From positions 2,834,064 through 2,866,063 of the forward strand of contig NC_004459.3 of the NCBI RefSeq assembly GCF_000039765.1: DNA of 32,000 nucleotides. The letters run 5' to 3'. Origin of the DNA: Vibrio vulnificus CMCP6. Its GTDB lineage: Bacteria > Pseudomonadota > Gammaproteobacteria > Enterobacterales > Vibrionaceae. The notes below the pieces were generated by a model, which did not search any database, was not told the DNA's origin, and worked only from the letters and a program-made list of their open reading frames with translations. The stretch's first letter is position 1; every line of letters begins with the position of its first letter. Below, in pieces: positions 9,007 through 18,187 of this stretch. The translations under genes and the position numbers were made by a program.

Positions 9007-9582
9007 ATGCAATTGTCTCAACTTACCCAAGACATTTTTGATCACCTGTACCGTGACATCACTGAGTTCCGTAGCACGTTTGATTTGCCTGTGGCTGCAC
9101 CTGAAAGCCTAGATGAAAAAGCGGACACGCTGCACACCTCTTTGATCATTGAAGAGATGACGGAGTTGGCAGAAGCGGATAGCAAAACAGAACAAGCAGA
9201 TGCGATTGTTGATTCGGTCTACGTGCTTATGGGTCGCCTAGTCCACCTTGGCGCGGCAAACGTTGAAGACAATCTTGATATCAGCTACTTGATTGATCTG
9301 CTGCTAAACGTCGCCAAAAATCGTGGTATCGACTTTATTCCATGCTGGGACGAAGTGCACTCAAGCAACATGAGCAAAGTGTGCCGCAATGAACAAGAAT
9401 ATGCCGACACTGAGAAGTTCTATGCAGAGCAAGGTGTTAAGTTGATGGCGGTGCAAAAAGGTGATTACCTGATTGCAAAATGTGCCGAAGATTTCGAAGG
9501 CGAAGGCAAAACGATTCGTGCTGGTAAGGTATTGAAATCGGTATACTACCGCCCTGCAGACTTGGCTCCACTGACTCAGTAA
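9007..9582 (+). CDS. All-alpha nucleoside triphosphate pyrophosphohydrolase-like (MazG/PRA-PH-like) protein
   Basis: LIIEEMTELAEADSKTEQADAIVDSVYVLMG resembles EExxE...ExxD of MazG-like enzymes. Alternative start at 8995. Confidence 0.7.
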   Translation: MQLSQLTQDIFDHLYRDITEFRSTFDLPVAAPESLDEKADTLHTSLIIEEMTELAEADSKTEQADAIVDSVYVLMGRLVHLGAANVEDNLDISYLIDLLLNVAKNRGIDFIPCWDEVHSSNMSKVCRNEQEYADTEKFYAEQGVKLMAVQKGDYLIAKCAEDFEGEGKTIRAGKVLKSVYYRPADLAPLTQ

Positions 9583-9638
9583 GCCATCTGTTCTCAGTTG
9601 GCCATCCGTTTTTAGCAAACCAACTGTTTGATGAAGCT

Positions 9639-9661
9639 AGCCCGCTAAGTGCGGGCTTTTT
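9639..9661 (+). terminator. Intrinsic terminator
   Basis: AGCCCGC-taagt-GCGGGCT followed by TTTT, between the convergent MazG-like gene and btuD. Confidence 0.85.
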
Positions 9662-9679
9662 ATCGGCTTTCAATAAAAG

Positions 9680-10444
9680 CTAAGTGAAAATCAAATACGG
9701 CTGCCCGTCAACGGCCACTTTTTTCACTGGCGTTTCAAATACCTGTTGTAGATTTTCCACACTCATCACTTCGTCTGCGGAGCCATAAGCGGTTAACACG
9801 CCTTGGTTGAGCAACAACACCTTGTCCGCATGTTGATAAACACGATTGAGATCATGATTGGCGACAATCACCACCAAGCCTTGCGCAGCCATTTCATCGA
9901 TAAGTTGATACAACCACTTCGCTTGGGCAACATCCAGTGGCGCGGCAGGCTCATCCAAGATCAGCAATTGCGAGTAAGGATTTAGCGAGCGCCACACTTG
10001 CAAGCACACCGCAGCTAGACGCACGCGTTGCCATTCACCACCCGAGAGGGCCTGCACGCTACGATGCAACTTGTCTTGCATTTGCACCAACTCCACCACT
10101 CTACGCACAGCCGCTTGAACCTCTGGCTCAGCCACATGCCTTCCAACCGGTAACGAGAGCGCCAACATCTGAAACACATCGACGTTAAACGCCGGTCTCG
10201 ATTGCTGGCACAGGTAAGCCCGATAAATCGCTTGTTCCGCTAAAGGCAGCGTGAGTAAAGAGGTCTCGTTGATCAACACTTCCCCCTTGACTCCTTCACG
10301 CGAGCTCAGTGTGCCCGCAATGGCTGACAATAAGGTACTTTTTCCAGAACCGTTTGGGCCCGCGACATACACTTTTTCACCTGCAGCGCATTGAAAAGAC
10401 AGGGGTAAAAGCCGATTTCCGACACTAATATAATTAATGTGCAT
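9680..10444 (-). CDS. btuD: Vitamin B12 ABC transporter ATP-binding protein BtuD
   Basis: Walker [10 protein letters not shown], signature LSGGEWQRV, Walker B LLILDEP, adjacent to btuC; BtuD-like [30 protein letters not shown]. Confidence 0.92.
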   Translation of the reverse strand: MHINYISVGNRLLPLSFQCAAGEKVYVAGPNGSGKSTLLSAIAGTLSSREGVKGEVLINETSLLTLPLAEQAIYRAYLCQQSRPAFNVDVFQMLALSLPVGRHVAEPEVQAAVRRVVELVQMQDKLHRSVQALSGGEWQRVRLAAVCLQVWRSLNPYSQLLILDEPAAPLDVAQAKWLYQLIDEMAAQGLVVIVANHDLNRVYQHADKVLLLNQGVLTAYGSADEVMSVENLQQVFETPVKKVAVDGQPYLIFT

Positions 10445-11429
10445 CGTGGCTCCTTATCAGCATCCAGATAAAGATGGGCGCGCCAATGGTGGTGGTCATC
10501 ACCCCCAGCGGCAGCTCTGCCGAATCCAATAAGGTTCTTGCCCAAATATCAGAAAAGACCAGTAACGTCGCCCCGGCAAACGCCGACAGCGGCAACAAGA
10601 ATCGGTTTTCGGAACCAAATGCCATGCGCAGCAAATGAGGCACGACCAAACCAACAAAACTGATTATGCCGCCAAGGGCCACCGCACAGCCAATCAAGAT
10701 GGAGATCGCCAAAATCAGCCGCCAACGTACCTTGTGCACATCAACGCCCAGCTGCGCAGCGTGCGTTTCACCGAGCATCAGTTTGTCCAAGGTTTGCCCC
10801 TGCAGACAGAGCCAAACCAAGACCGGAAGCAACACGAGTGTCACCAGATGATGGTGCCAACTTGCCCCGCCAATGCTCCCCATTAGCCAATACATCAGTT
10901 GACGCAAACTGAGGTCGTCACTGAAATAAAAGGCCCAAGTGACAAACGCGCCCGACAAAATACCGAGCGCCACCCCCACGAGGAGCATTCTCGAGGTCGA
11001 CAAGTGCATCGCTCTTGCCATCCCCACCAAAATCAACGTAAAGACCAAGGCACCAATGATCGCTGCCAGCATAAACACCGTTGGCGTCGGCATCACTGGC
11101 AATAAAAAGAGCGCAATCACCATGGCCAAACTTGCCCCGCCGGAGATGCCTAACACACCAGGTTCAGCAAGCACATTGCCAAGCAAGACTTGTAACGTCG
11201 CCCCCGAGACCGCTAATGCCGCACCAATCACCATTGCCGCCACCAGTCGCGGCAGGCGCAGATCAACCAACAACTTGTGTTCAAAGCTGCTCAAGGAAGA
11301 AAACGGAGAAAGAAAGACTTCACCCACCATCAAATAGAGAGCAGAGAGAACCAAAAGCACAGCCAACATCACCAATAAGGTGGCTCGCCATCGCTTCTCT
11401 TTGTGGGCTATCAGTTGGTGCAGTTCCAT
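10434..11429 (-). CDS. btuC: Vitamin B12 ABC transporter permease BtuC (FecCD family)
   Basis: [45 protein letters not shown]. Start set at [14 protein letters not shown]; ORF-track start is 11459. Overlaps btuD. Confidence 0.92.
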   Translation of the reverse strand: MELHQLIAHKEKRWRATLLVMLAVLLVLSALYLMVGEVFLSPFSSLSSFEHKLLVDLRLPRLVAAMVIGAALAVSGATLQVLLGNVLAEPGVLGISGGASLAMVIALFLLPVMPTPTVFMLAAIIGALVFTLILVGMARAMHLSTSRMLLVGVALGILSGAFVTWAFYFSDDLSLRQLMYWLMGSIGGASWHHHLVTLVLLPVLVWLCLQGQTLDKLMLGETHAAQLGVDVHKVRWRLILAISILIGCAVALGGIISFVGLVVPHLLRMAFGSENRFLLPLSAFAGATLLVFSDIWARTLLDSAELPLGVMTTTIGAPIFIWMLIRSHDAH

Positions 11430-11454
11430 GGGCAATGATTCAATTCGCTCGCTA

Positions 11455-11486
11455 AACAAAAGGCTTAACTCTAACGTTAAGCCTTT
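11455..11486 (-). terminator. Intrinsic terminator of astE (minus strand)
   Basis: Minus strand AAAGGCTTAAC-gttaga-GTTAAGCCTTT then TGTTT; 11-bp perfect stem. Confidence 0.8.
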
Positions 11487-11547
11487 CAGAAATAAACCAT
11501 TAAACTCGCTCTCTTGTTGCTCTTAAGCAGCCAGAGAGCAAAAGAGC

Positions 11548-12576
11548 TTAATCGTAAACCAGTTGATCGTCTTCAAAACGGGCTTTGACCTCACAAACCA
11601 TTAGTGCGGCGCGTTGACCAATCGCCACGTTACGGTTAGGGAACACAATCGCTTCATTGTCATTCTTCGCCATCAACGGCTTATCACCATCGTGGCCAAA
11701 CACTTCACCGTGCATAAACGAGGTAAAGTTTTCCACTTGATCGTCAAATCTGAAATCGAAGTCTTGATGCAAACGAACAATGGTGCGGCTAACACGATAA
11801 GTAATGGCTGGCTTAGGCAAATGCTCTGGGGTCACTTCTGCGATTAAATCACGCATGGTCAAATCCAACGCCGTAAAGCGCTCTAACTCATTCTCACCAA
11901 TGCGAGCGACTCGGCCTAACTCCATCGTCAGTGCTTGAGCAGAATAGTATTCTGCACTAAACCAACTAAACGTACTGGATGGTGAGTTAGAGAGCAGCAA
12001 CGCTTCGACATGGCTGTGGTTGACAAAATCGACCAACGCTTTTGAACGTGTCGGATGGCGTGTTTTCGGACTGATCGCGAACGAATAGTGCTTCGACGCT
12101 CGTATCGCGCAATGCAAATCTAAGTGCCAACGGCTTTCTACGGGCGTATTATCGAAAAACGCTTTCACCAATAACTTCAGTTGATCGGCAATCACCAACT
12201 CTTTGCTTGGCTGATGCTCTTTTTCATCAAACAGACGGTTGAGGTTTTCTTCAATAAAACGCGTGTGCGCATTGGTCGCTTCTGGATGAGCGATGATAAA
12301 TAAACAACGCGCTTGCACATCTTGAAAGCCCGTTTCGATATCGTGAACAATCTTGTCAATCAGTTCCATCGGTGCGGTTTCATCACCGTGGATCCCTGAC
12401 GATAAAATGATATTTTTTGTTTCCGCGCTGTTGTTTGCCGGAATGACTTCTAACACACCACGCTGATGCAGCTGCAATCTTACCCCATTGCTTAACGTCG
12501 TCGCTTTCGCCTCGACAGATTGCTGCATATTTAGGGTGTCTGACAAAAACGATTGGCGAAAGAGAGAATTCGTCAT
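11548..12576 (-). CDS. astE: Succinylglutamate desuccinylase
   Basis: 342 aa. SSGIHGDETAPMELIDKI zinc-binding motif; NLNRLF, WHLDLHCAIR motifs typical of AstE/AspA. Confidence 0.93.
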   Translation of the reverse strand: MTNSLFRQSFLSDTLNMQQSVEAKATTLSNGVRLQLHQRGVLEVIPANNSAETKNIILSSGIHGDETAPMELIDKIVHDIETGFQDVQARCLFIIAHPEATNAHTRFIEENLNRLFDEKEHQPSKELVIADQLKLLVKAFFDNTPVESRWHLDLHCAIRASKHYSFAISPKTRHPTRSKALVDFVNHSHVEALLLSNSPSSTFSWFSAEYYSAQALTMELGRVARIGENELERFTALDLTMRDLIAEVTPEHLPKPAITYRVSRTIVRLHQDFDFRFDDQVENFTSFMHGEVFGHDGDKPLMAKNDNEAIVFPNRNVAIGQRAALMVCEVKARFEDDQLVYD

Positions 12577-12755
12577 GCGTTACTCCTTAATTGCACGGCG
12601 GTATGTTAATAAAATGTACACAACATTTATGTTGCTAGGATCTCACTTATCAAGAGAAATCGAAGTTTTCACCGCAAAAAGCCAAGAATTGCGTTCATTC
12701 TGGACGATTTGCTGACTGAGATCACCGTCACCGAACACTTCTTAAACAATAACAG

Positions 12756-12793
12756 TATGTTAGGGAGTGAACTCTACCACATCCCTAACCATT
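12756..12793 (-). other. Stem-loop in the pepF 3' region
   Basis: GTTAGGGA (12759-12766) ... TCCCTAAC (12782-12789), extended inward by GTG/CAC around a 1-nt bulge. No T tract on either strand. Confidence 0.6.
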
Positions 12794-12818
12794 TCCGTTA
12801 TAACAAGATCACGGAATT

Positions 12819-14618
12819 TTATTTTCCGATCTGCACCAATAGTTGTTCAAATTCATCCACTTTTTCACGGATACGTTCGATGCTCTGTTGCCAGAAATCC
12901 GCTTGCGTCAGATCCATTTGCAGATGCTGCGCGACCACCTCTTCCGCCATCATCGCCCCTGTATCTCGCAGCAAAGCGACGTAATCACGATAGAAAGACT
13001 CTCCCTTTGCCGCACGCTGAGCGTAGATGCCTTTCGAGAAAAGGTAACCAAACAAATAGGGGTAGTTGTAGAAACTGATTTCTGAAATCGAGAAATGAAG
13101 TTTGCTGGCCCAGAAATAGGGATCGGATTCTGACATTGAATCGCCATACCACGCTTGCCAAGTTTCACTCATCAACAGGCAAATATCATCCGCCGACAAT
13201 TCACCGCTGGCACGACGCTCATAGAACGCTTTTTCAAATTCGTAACGTACAGGAATATTGATGGTGAGCGCGTAAGCAGAAGAGAGCTCTTCCCACAACA
13301 TTTCCAGTTTCTCTTCAGCGGTGACGGCTTGTGCAATCAGGTAATCCTGAACAATGTTCTCCGCAAAAATAGACGCCGTTTCTGCCAGCGTCATTGGGTA
13401 ACGCGTTTGACAAAGGGGCATGTCTTTCATCACCCAGTTGTGGAACGCGTGCCCGAGTTCATGGGCCAAAGTCAGCAAATCCGAACGGCTGCCCGACCAA
13501 GTCATAAACACCAGCGGTGTACGGGTGGCCGCTAGTTTAGTGCAGTACGCACCGAGGCGTTTATTTTCCGAAGGCGCAGCATCAATCCAGCCATTTTCCA
13601 CCATGAGGTCAACAAAGCTTGCCATCTCTGGGTTGACTTGTGCAAACGCATTGCGGATCAGTTCAATCGCTTCATCAAAGCCATACACTTTGGCCTCGCC
13701 ATCAAACGCTGGCATTGCGGCCAAGTGATTCCAAGGCTTCATTGCCTCTAAGCCATGCACACGCGCCATTAGCTTCCCCGCCTTCTGGCCAACCGAGCGA
13801 CTTTCCTTTGCCACAGAGATCATGGTTTCTAAGGTCTGAGCCTCAATACGGCTCTCATAAAGGCTTGGCTCTAAGAAGTGGATATTGCGTTGGTGCGAGC
13901 GCTTTTGGTATTCGGTTAAACGCCAGCCAGAAAGCGCATTCAAAATTGCCGCAAAGGTTTCACGATGTGTTGCCATTGCGTTTTGAATCCCACGCCACGC
14001 GGGTTCTTGACGAGAGAACTCGGCCCCATAAAGCAAACTGGCGGCTTGAGAAAAGCCAAGCGTTTCTTGTGTGCCATCTTCAGCATCTAGGGTGATTTTT
14101 AAGGTGCCAGTCAGGTTGTCGTAGAGACGGCCCCAACCATCGCGCCCGTCCACCTGCATCGCAGAAAGTAGTTGTTCCTCAGACACACTCAAGCTTTGAT
14201 CCGCCAGCTTACGCAGCTGAGCAATGGAAAATACTTGACCAGCCACATCGGGATTATTGCTCTCTAAAACGTCGGCGATGAAATCGTCATCTGCGTGCAT
14301 TAGCGCCAGTTGGTATGGGCTAAATGCCTGTTCCATTTCAGAACTTAGCTTGGCCATGCGTCCAACCAAAGCTTTGGCCTGAGGATGAGTCACATCCACC
14401 GAGGTATAACAGTTGGCAAAGGTGTAAACCGTCGAAAGTAAACGCCCTGCGGCTTCTCGGGTGACGATGGCATTTTGCATCACGCTCACCACTTCACGCT
14501 GTGACGCTTGTGTATTGAGCAGTTTGATGCACTGTTCGATCAGTTCGATATCTTGTTCGATACGAACATCGTTTAAATCTGCATAGGCAATAGAAAGATC
14601 CCAGCTTGGCGCGGTCAT
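12819..14618 (-). CDS. pepF: Peptidase family M3 oligoendopeptidase (PepF-like)
   Basis: 599 aa. LAHELGHAFHNWVM zinc motif, LGAYCTKL, FSISEISFYNYPYLFGYLFS. Confidence 0.92.
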   Translation of the reverse strand: MTAPSWDLSIAYADLNDVRIEQDIELIEQCIKLLNTQASQREVVSVMQNAIVTREAAGRLLSTVYTFANCYTSVDVTHPQAKALVGRMAKLSSEMEQAFSPYQLALMHADDDFIADVLESNNPDVAGQVFSIAQLRKLADQSLSVSEEQLLSAMQVDGRDGWGRLYDNLTGTLKITLDAEDGTQETLGFSQAASLLYGAEFSRQEPAWRGIQNAMATHRETFAAILNALSGWRLTEYQKRSHQRNIHFLEPSLYESRIEAQTLETMISVAKESRSVGQKAGKLMARVHGLEAMKPWNHLAAMPAFDGEAKVYGFDEAIELIRNAFAQVNPEMASFVDLMVENGWIDAAPSENKRLGAYCTKLAATRTPLVFMTWSGSRSDLLTLAHELGHAFHNWVMKDMPLCQTRYPMTLAETASIFAENIVQDYLIAQAVTAEEKLEMLWEELSSAYALTINIPVRYEFEKAFYERRASGELSADDICLLMSETWQAWYGDSMSESDPYFWASKLHFSISEISFYNYPYLFGYLFSKGIYAQRAAKGESFYRDYVALLRDTGAMMAEEVVAQHLQMDLTQADFWQQSIERIREKVDEFEQLLVQIGK

Positions 14619-14642
14619 TCTGTGTTCCTTATGAATCTGTGA

Positions 14643-15281
14643 CTAATCGACTGGATGATTCGTCTGTTCTTCCCTGATAGAGAGAGGCATCCCGATCATT
14701 TTGACTGTCGGAAACTGCGTTTGGTCACTATCGGTAAAAATCGTTATGTGTGTCAGACTTGCGTTCTCAATGGCCAAGTTTTGATACCAGTGAGGGCTTT
14801 GCCAGTCTACACCCAAAAGGTGAGCTAAGATAAGTCGAATTACACCACCATGAGTGATGATTAACACTTTGCGATGTTCTGCGCTGATGATTTGCGACCA
14901 GCACTGCACTACCCTTTGCTGAAATTCAGCCAACGTCTCGCCCTCTGGCAAAGAGGCATTGGCAGGGTCTTGCCAAAAGGCGTTGAGGAGAGGCCACAGA
15001 TAGTCTTGAGTATCAAAAGGCACTCCGTCTAACAAACCAAAGTCCATCTCTTGCAGGTCTGCTTGCAATTGAATTGGCCAATGGTGTTGTTGACCCAGCA
15101 ACTCAGCCAAGTCATGGCATCGAGAGAGAGGCGAGCTCACGATGAGTTCAACATCGTCATGCTGAGCGAACAACGCTTCGGCAATCGCTTGCTGACGATC
15201 CGCCGGTACCTTGGCATCGGTTCGGCCAAATAAACCCGCTTCCGCTGCTGTTTTGCCATGACGCAGTAAGATCACTTCCAT
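14643..15281 (-). CDS. cobC: Alpha-ribazole phosphatase (histidine phosphatase family)
   Basis: MEVILLRHGKT phosphatase motif, QEMDFGLLDG, VLIITHGGVIRL; located between cobU and pepF. Confidence 0.88.
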   Translation of the reverse strand: MEVILLRHGKTAAEAGLFGRTDAKVPADRQQAIAEALFAQHDDVELIVSSPLSRCHDLAELLGQQHHWPIQLQADLQEMDFGLLDGVPFDTQDYLWPLLNAFWQDPANASLPEGETLAEFQQRVVQCWSQIISAEHRKVLIITHGGVIRLILAHLLGVDWQSPHWYQNLAIENASLTHITIFTDSDQTQFPTVKMIGMPLSIREEQTNHPVD

Positions 15282-15290
15282 CGTATTTCC

Positions 15291-15851
15291 CTATTGATGA
15301 CCACTCGATTTCAGTATGAGGGGTAACCCCGCCGCGACAAGAGTGACGTTGTCACAAATCTTGGCAAGTGATTGATTCATACGACCGGCATTATCCACAA
15401 ATAGGCGGCTGATTTGCCCTAAAGGCACCACGCCTAACCCCACTTCATTGGAGACCAAAATGATCTGCGCTGGGCTTTCTTTCACAACGGATGCCAACTG
15501 GGCAACCTTTTGCTCCAGTTTTTCGTTGCTCGCTTGCTCACCAAACTCAAACAGCCAGTTATTGAGCCACACCGTTAAACAATCCACCAGCACCACATCA
15601 TCAGCACCAAACTGCGAGAGCCGCTCTGCTAAGTACAGCGGCGCTTCATGTTCACACCAACCTTGTCCACGTTGCTGTTGGTGATGGTGAATTCGCTCTG
15701 CCATTTCTTGATCAAAAGGCACCGCAGTGGCGACGTAGTGGCATTTTGCATCATGTTGTTGAGACCATTGCCGCGCAAGCTGTTCAGCAAAACGAGATTT
15801 ACCCGAGCGAGCCCCACCCAACACCAGCGCTTTGTTGGTTGAATAACTCAT
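15291..15851 (-). CDS. cobU: Bifunctional adenosylcobinamide kinase/adenosylcobinamide-phosphate guanylyltransferase
   Basis: KALVLGGARSGKSRFAEQLA P-loop, VATAVPFDQEMAERIHHHQQQR, DCLTVWLNNWLF, LVSNEVGLGVVP. Start set at MSYSTNKAL. Confidence 0.95.
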   Translation of the reverse strand: MSYSTNKALVLGGARSGKSRFAEQLARQWSQQHDAKCHYVATAVPFDQEMAERIHHHQQQRGQGWCEHEAPLYLAERLSQFGADDVVLVDCLTVWLNNWLFEFGEQASNEKLEQKVAQLASVVKESPAQIILVSNEVGLGVVPLGQISRLFVDNAGRMNQSLAKICDNVTLVAAGLPLILKSSGHQ

Positions 15852-15853
15852 CG

Positions 15854-16621
15854 TCACTGCACCACCGCAATCAGAACCAAATAAATGCCGAGTTCCATCA
15901 ATTGTTGAGCCCCGCCCAAGCAATCTCCGGTAAACCCGCCCAAACGCGCCAGCAGCCAACGTTTGAATGCCCAGCGGAAGAGGATCGCAAATAAAATCAA
16001 TAGCAAACCAACACCTAGCCCTAAGCTGATTGCCGCTAATACCCCCGTGAGGATCAGTATCGCCAGCTCCGTGGAGGATTGTGCATTCGCCAATGGCTTG
16101 CTTTTACTGGTATCGCTGTCAGAGACATAAGGCATGTCGTAAATCAGTGTGGCGGCAACGGCTCGGCTCAAGGTGTAGGCGACAACAATCATCAAGCCAA
16201 AGTCAGGTTGACGTGCCAACGTGGTGAGAAAAACGAACTTACCTATCAGCGCCATGGTTAATGTGGCGCTGCCATAGGTTCCGATACGACTGTCCTTCAT
16301 AATGGTGAGGCGTTTGTCGAGCGTCATCCCTCCACCAATGCCATCCGCCATGTCAGTGAGTCCATCTTCATGGAAGGCGCCTGTCAGCAGTAAGCTAAAC
16401 GCCATCATCAGGACAATCGCCACCTGATAAGGGAAAAACAGCGATGCAAACGCATAAACCAGTACGCACAGTAAGCCAAGCAACGTACCGACTAAAGCAA
16501 AGTAACGCCCAGCCTGATTCATTCTTTCATCACTATACGGTGTTGATTTCGGCACAGGCAAACGGCTAAAAAAGCTCACCGCCAAACAAAACAATTGGTA
16601 CTGATACTGCCAGGTTTTCAT
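15854..16621 (-). CDS. cobS: Adenosylcobinamide-GDP ribazoletransferase (cobalamin synthase)
   Basis: LPVPKS, GAFHEDGLTDMADGIGGG, MKDSRIGTYG, FTGDCLGAAQQ motifs. Confidence 0.95.
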   Translation of the reverse strand: MKTWQYQYQLFCLAVSFFSRLPVPKSTPYSDERMNQAGRYFALVGTLLGLLCVLVYAFASLFFPYQVAIVLMMAFSLLLTGAFHEDGLTDMADGIGGGMTLDKRLTIMKDSRIGTYGSATLTMALIGKFVFLTTLARQPDFGLMIVVAYTLSRAVAATLIYDMPYVSDSDTSKSKPLANAQSSTELAILILTGVLAAISLGLGVGLLLILFAILFRWAFKRWLLARLGGFTGDCLGGAQQLMELGIYLVLIAVVQ

Positions 16622-16622
16622 A

Positions 16623-17651
16623 TCAAACCGTTACTCCTGCGCTTTCGAAGCTTGCCATATTGTTGTAAAACTGCGCCGCCGCTTTTAATAGTGGGTACGC
16701 CAGTGCAGCTCCCGTTCCTTCACCAAGACGCAGCCCCAAATCCAACAAAGGCTTCGCTTCAAGGAGTGACAACACAATTTGGTGCCCTTGTTCTTCGGAG
16801 CGATGAGCGAACAACAAGTAGTCTCTCACCTCCGGTTTCAGCAACGTCGCGATATAGGCCGCGACCGAAACAATAAAACCGTCCACTAGCACTGGGGTTT
16901 TATGCTCAGCCGCAGCGATAAACGCGCCAGCCATGGTCACGATCTCAAACCCGCCGACTTCAGCGAGGATCGCATTAACCGATAGACCTTCACAGCGCCC
17001 CACGCCTTGCGCCACGACTTTAATTTTGTGCGACAGTTGCTCTTCATTAATGCCCGTACCTCTGCCGACACAGTGATCCACTTCGTGGCCAGATAACGCA
17101 CTGAGCAGCGCCGCGGCAGAGCTGGTGTTGGCAATGCCCATCTCGCCAAACATCAATAAATCTGCGCCTTGAGCGATTTTCTCTGCCGCTATTTGTTGAC
17201 CATTGCGCAAAGCTTGTTCGACTTGCTCAATCGTCATGGCCGACTCAAACGCAAAGTTGGCGGTGCGTGAGCCCAAACGACGTAAGATGAGATTCGGGGC
17301 GTCACTGTCGACAGGCAACAAAATGCCACAATCAACCACCGTCAGGTCGATGCTATGAAGCGCGCAAAAGCAGTTTATCGCCGCGCCACCTGCGAGAAAA
17401 TTCAATACCATTTGTTGTGTCACCGCACTCGGTGCGATGCTCACCCCTTCATCCGCGACACCGTGGTCACCGGCAAAAAGCAGCATCTGCGGCTGCTTGA
17501 GCTCAATATGCGTTGCCGCTTGCTCTTTACCTTGGCTTTGGATGAGTGCCAATTGTAAGGCGACTTGCTCGAGTTGCCCCAGTGCGCCTAGCGGTTTGGT
17601 TTTGTTGTCGATGATGTGCTGGATCTCAGCGGCAAATTGTTGCTCTAACAT
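16623..17651 (-). CDS. cobT: Nicotinate-nucleotide--dimethylbenzimidazole phosphoribosyltransferase
   Basis: 342 aa. [67 protein letters not shown]. Confidence 0.96.
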   Translation of the reverse strand: MLEQQFAAEIQHIIDNKTKPLGALGQLEQVALQLALIQSQGKEQAATHIELKQPQMLLFAGDHGVADEGVSIAPSAVTQQMVLNFLAGGAAINCFCALHSIDLTVVDCGILLPVDSDAPNLILRRLGSRTANFAFESAMTIEQVEQALRNGQQIAAEKIAQGADLLMFGEMGIANTSSAAALLSALSGHEVDHCVGRGTGINEEQLSHKIKVVAQGVGRCEGLSVNAILAEVGGFEIVTMAGAFIAAAEHKTPVLVDGFIVSVAAYIATLLKPEVRDYLLFAHRSEEQGHQIVLSLLEAKPLLDLGLRLGEGTGAALAYPLLKAAAQFYNNMASFESAGVTV

Positions 17652-17972
17652 AACTGTCCCTGTTGGTGTCGAAATGGCGTAAAAACAAGAAGTTCTCTAG
17701 TGTACAGGCGAAGGGATCGTGGAGAAAGAGTCAAGATACGCTTCATCGAGGGAAATGGCGGCAGACAGCCATTTTCTGCTGAGCACCCATTTGACTGATC
17801 GCGACTTAACCGTGGCCATCTCTGCGCTTCGATTTTCTCAAATTGCGAATCAAAACCACATTTTTTGCACAAAGTGCGCGGTTTCAGCACTCAACGTCCC
17901 CGAAACGGCGTTCAGATGATGGCATAGGATATGCAGGGATTATCCTGTCTCCAACACACTGAGGTACCTGTT

Positions 17973-18062
17973 ATGTTTGCCAATCAAAGTCGTAGACCGA
18001 AATCGGGTGGCAATGCGAAGCGCCCTCAGAACAATCGACAAGTTCCATTGTCGATGACCTAA
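17973..18062 (+). CDS. Candidate 29-aa basic small protein MFANQSRRPKSGGNAKRPQNNRQVPLSMT
   Basis: ATG preceded by GAGG at 17961-17964, terminated by TAA, intrinsic terminator 9 nt later. Absent from the supplied ORF track because of its length. Confidence 0.5.
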   Translation: MFANQSRRPKSGGNAKRPQNNRQVPLSMT

Positions 18063-18071
18063 CTCCCACAC

Positions 18072-18096
18072 AGGGCCCTTTCGGGCCTTTTCTTTT
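18072..18096 (+). terminator. Intrinsic terminator after the 29-aa ORF
   Basis: AGGGCCC-tttc-GGGCCTT stem followed by TTCTTTT. Confidence 0.8.
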
Positions 18097-18187
18097 GTTA
18101 CCGCCATCAAACCCTCGAACGCTTTCCATTGCTAAACTCAAGAGAGTTCAACAAGATAACCCTCTTGATGGTTTTAGGAGCAACACG

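Noticed and set aside
10939-11455. Overlapping plus-strand ORFs (132 and 124 aa) opposite btuC
   Set aside because: Antisense to a conserved FecCD permease; composition (Pro/Ala/Thr/Lys-rich) looks like frame shadow.
12622-12635. CAACAT-tt-ATGTTG short palindrome upstream of astE considered as an ArgR-type operator
   Set aside because: Does not match the ARG box pattern; too short and AT-rich to call without comparative data.
13640-14095. 151-aa plus-strand ORF inside pepF
   Set aside because: Fully antisense to a well-supported M3 peptidase; low-complexity Ser/His/Pro composition typical of a shadow ORF.
17645-17919. Opposing ORFs of 81 aa (-) and 66 aa (+) upstream of cobT
   Set aside because: Each overlaps the other, and the minus ORF also overlaps the cobT start region; neither has a convincing ribosome-binding site or family signature.
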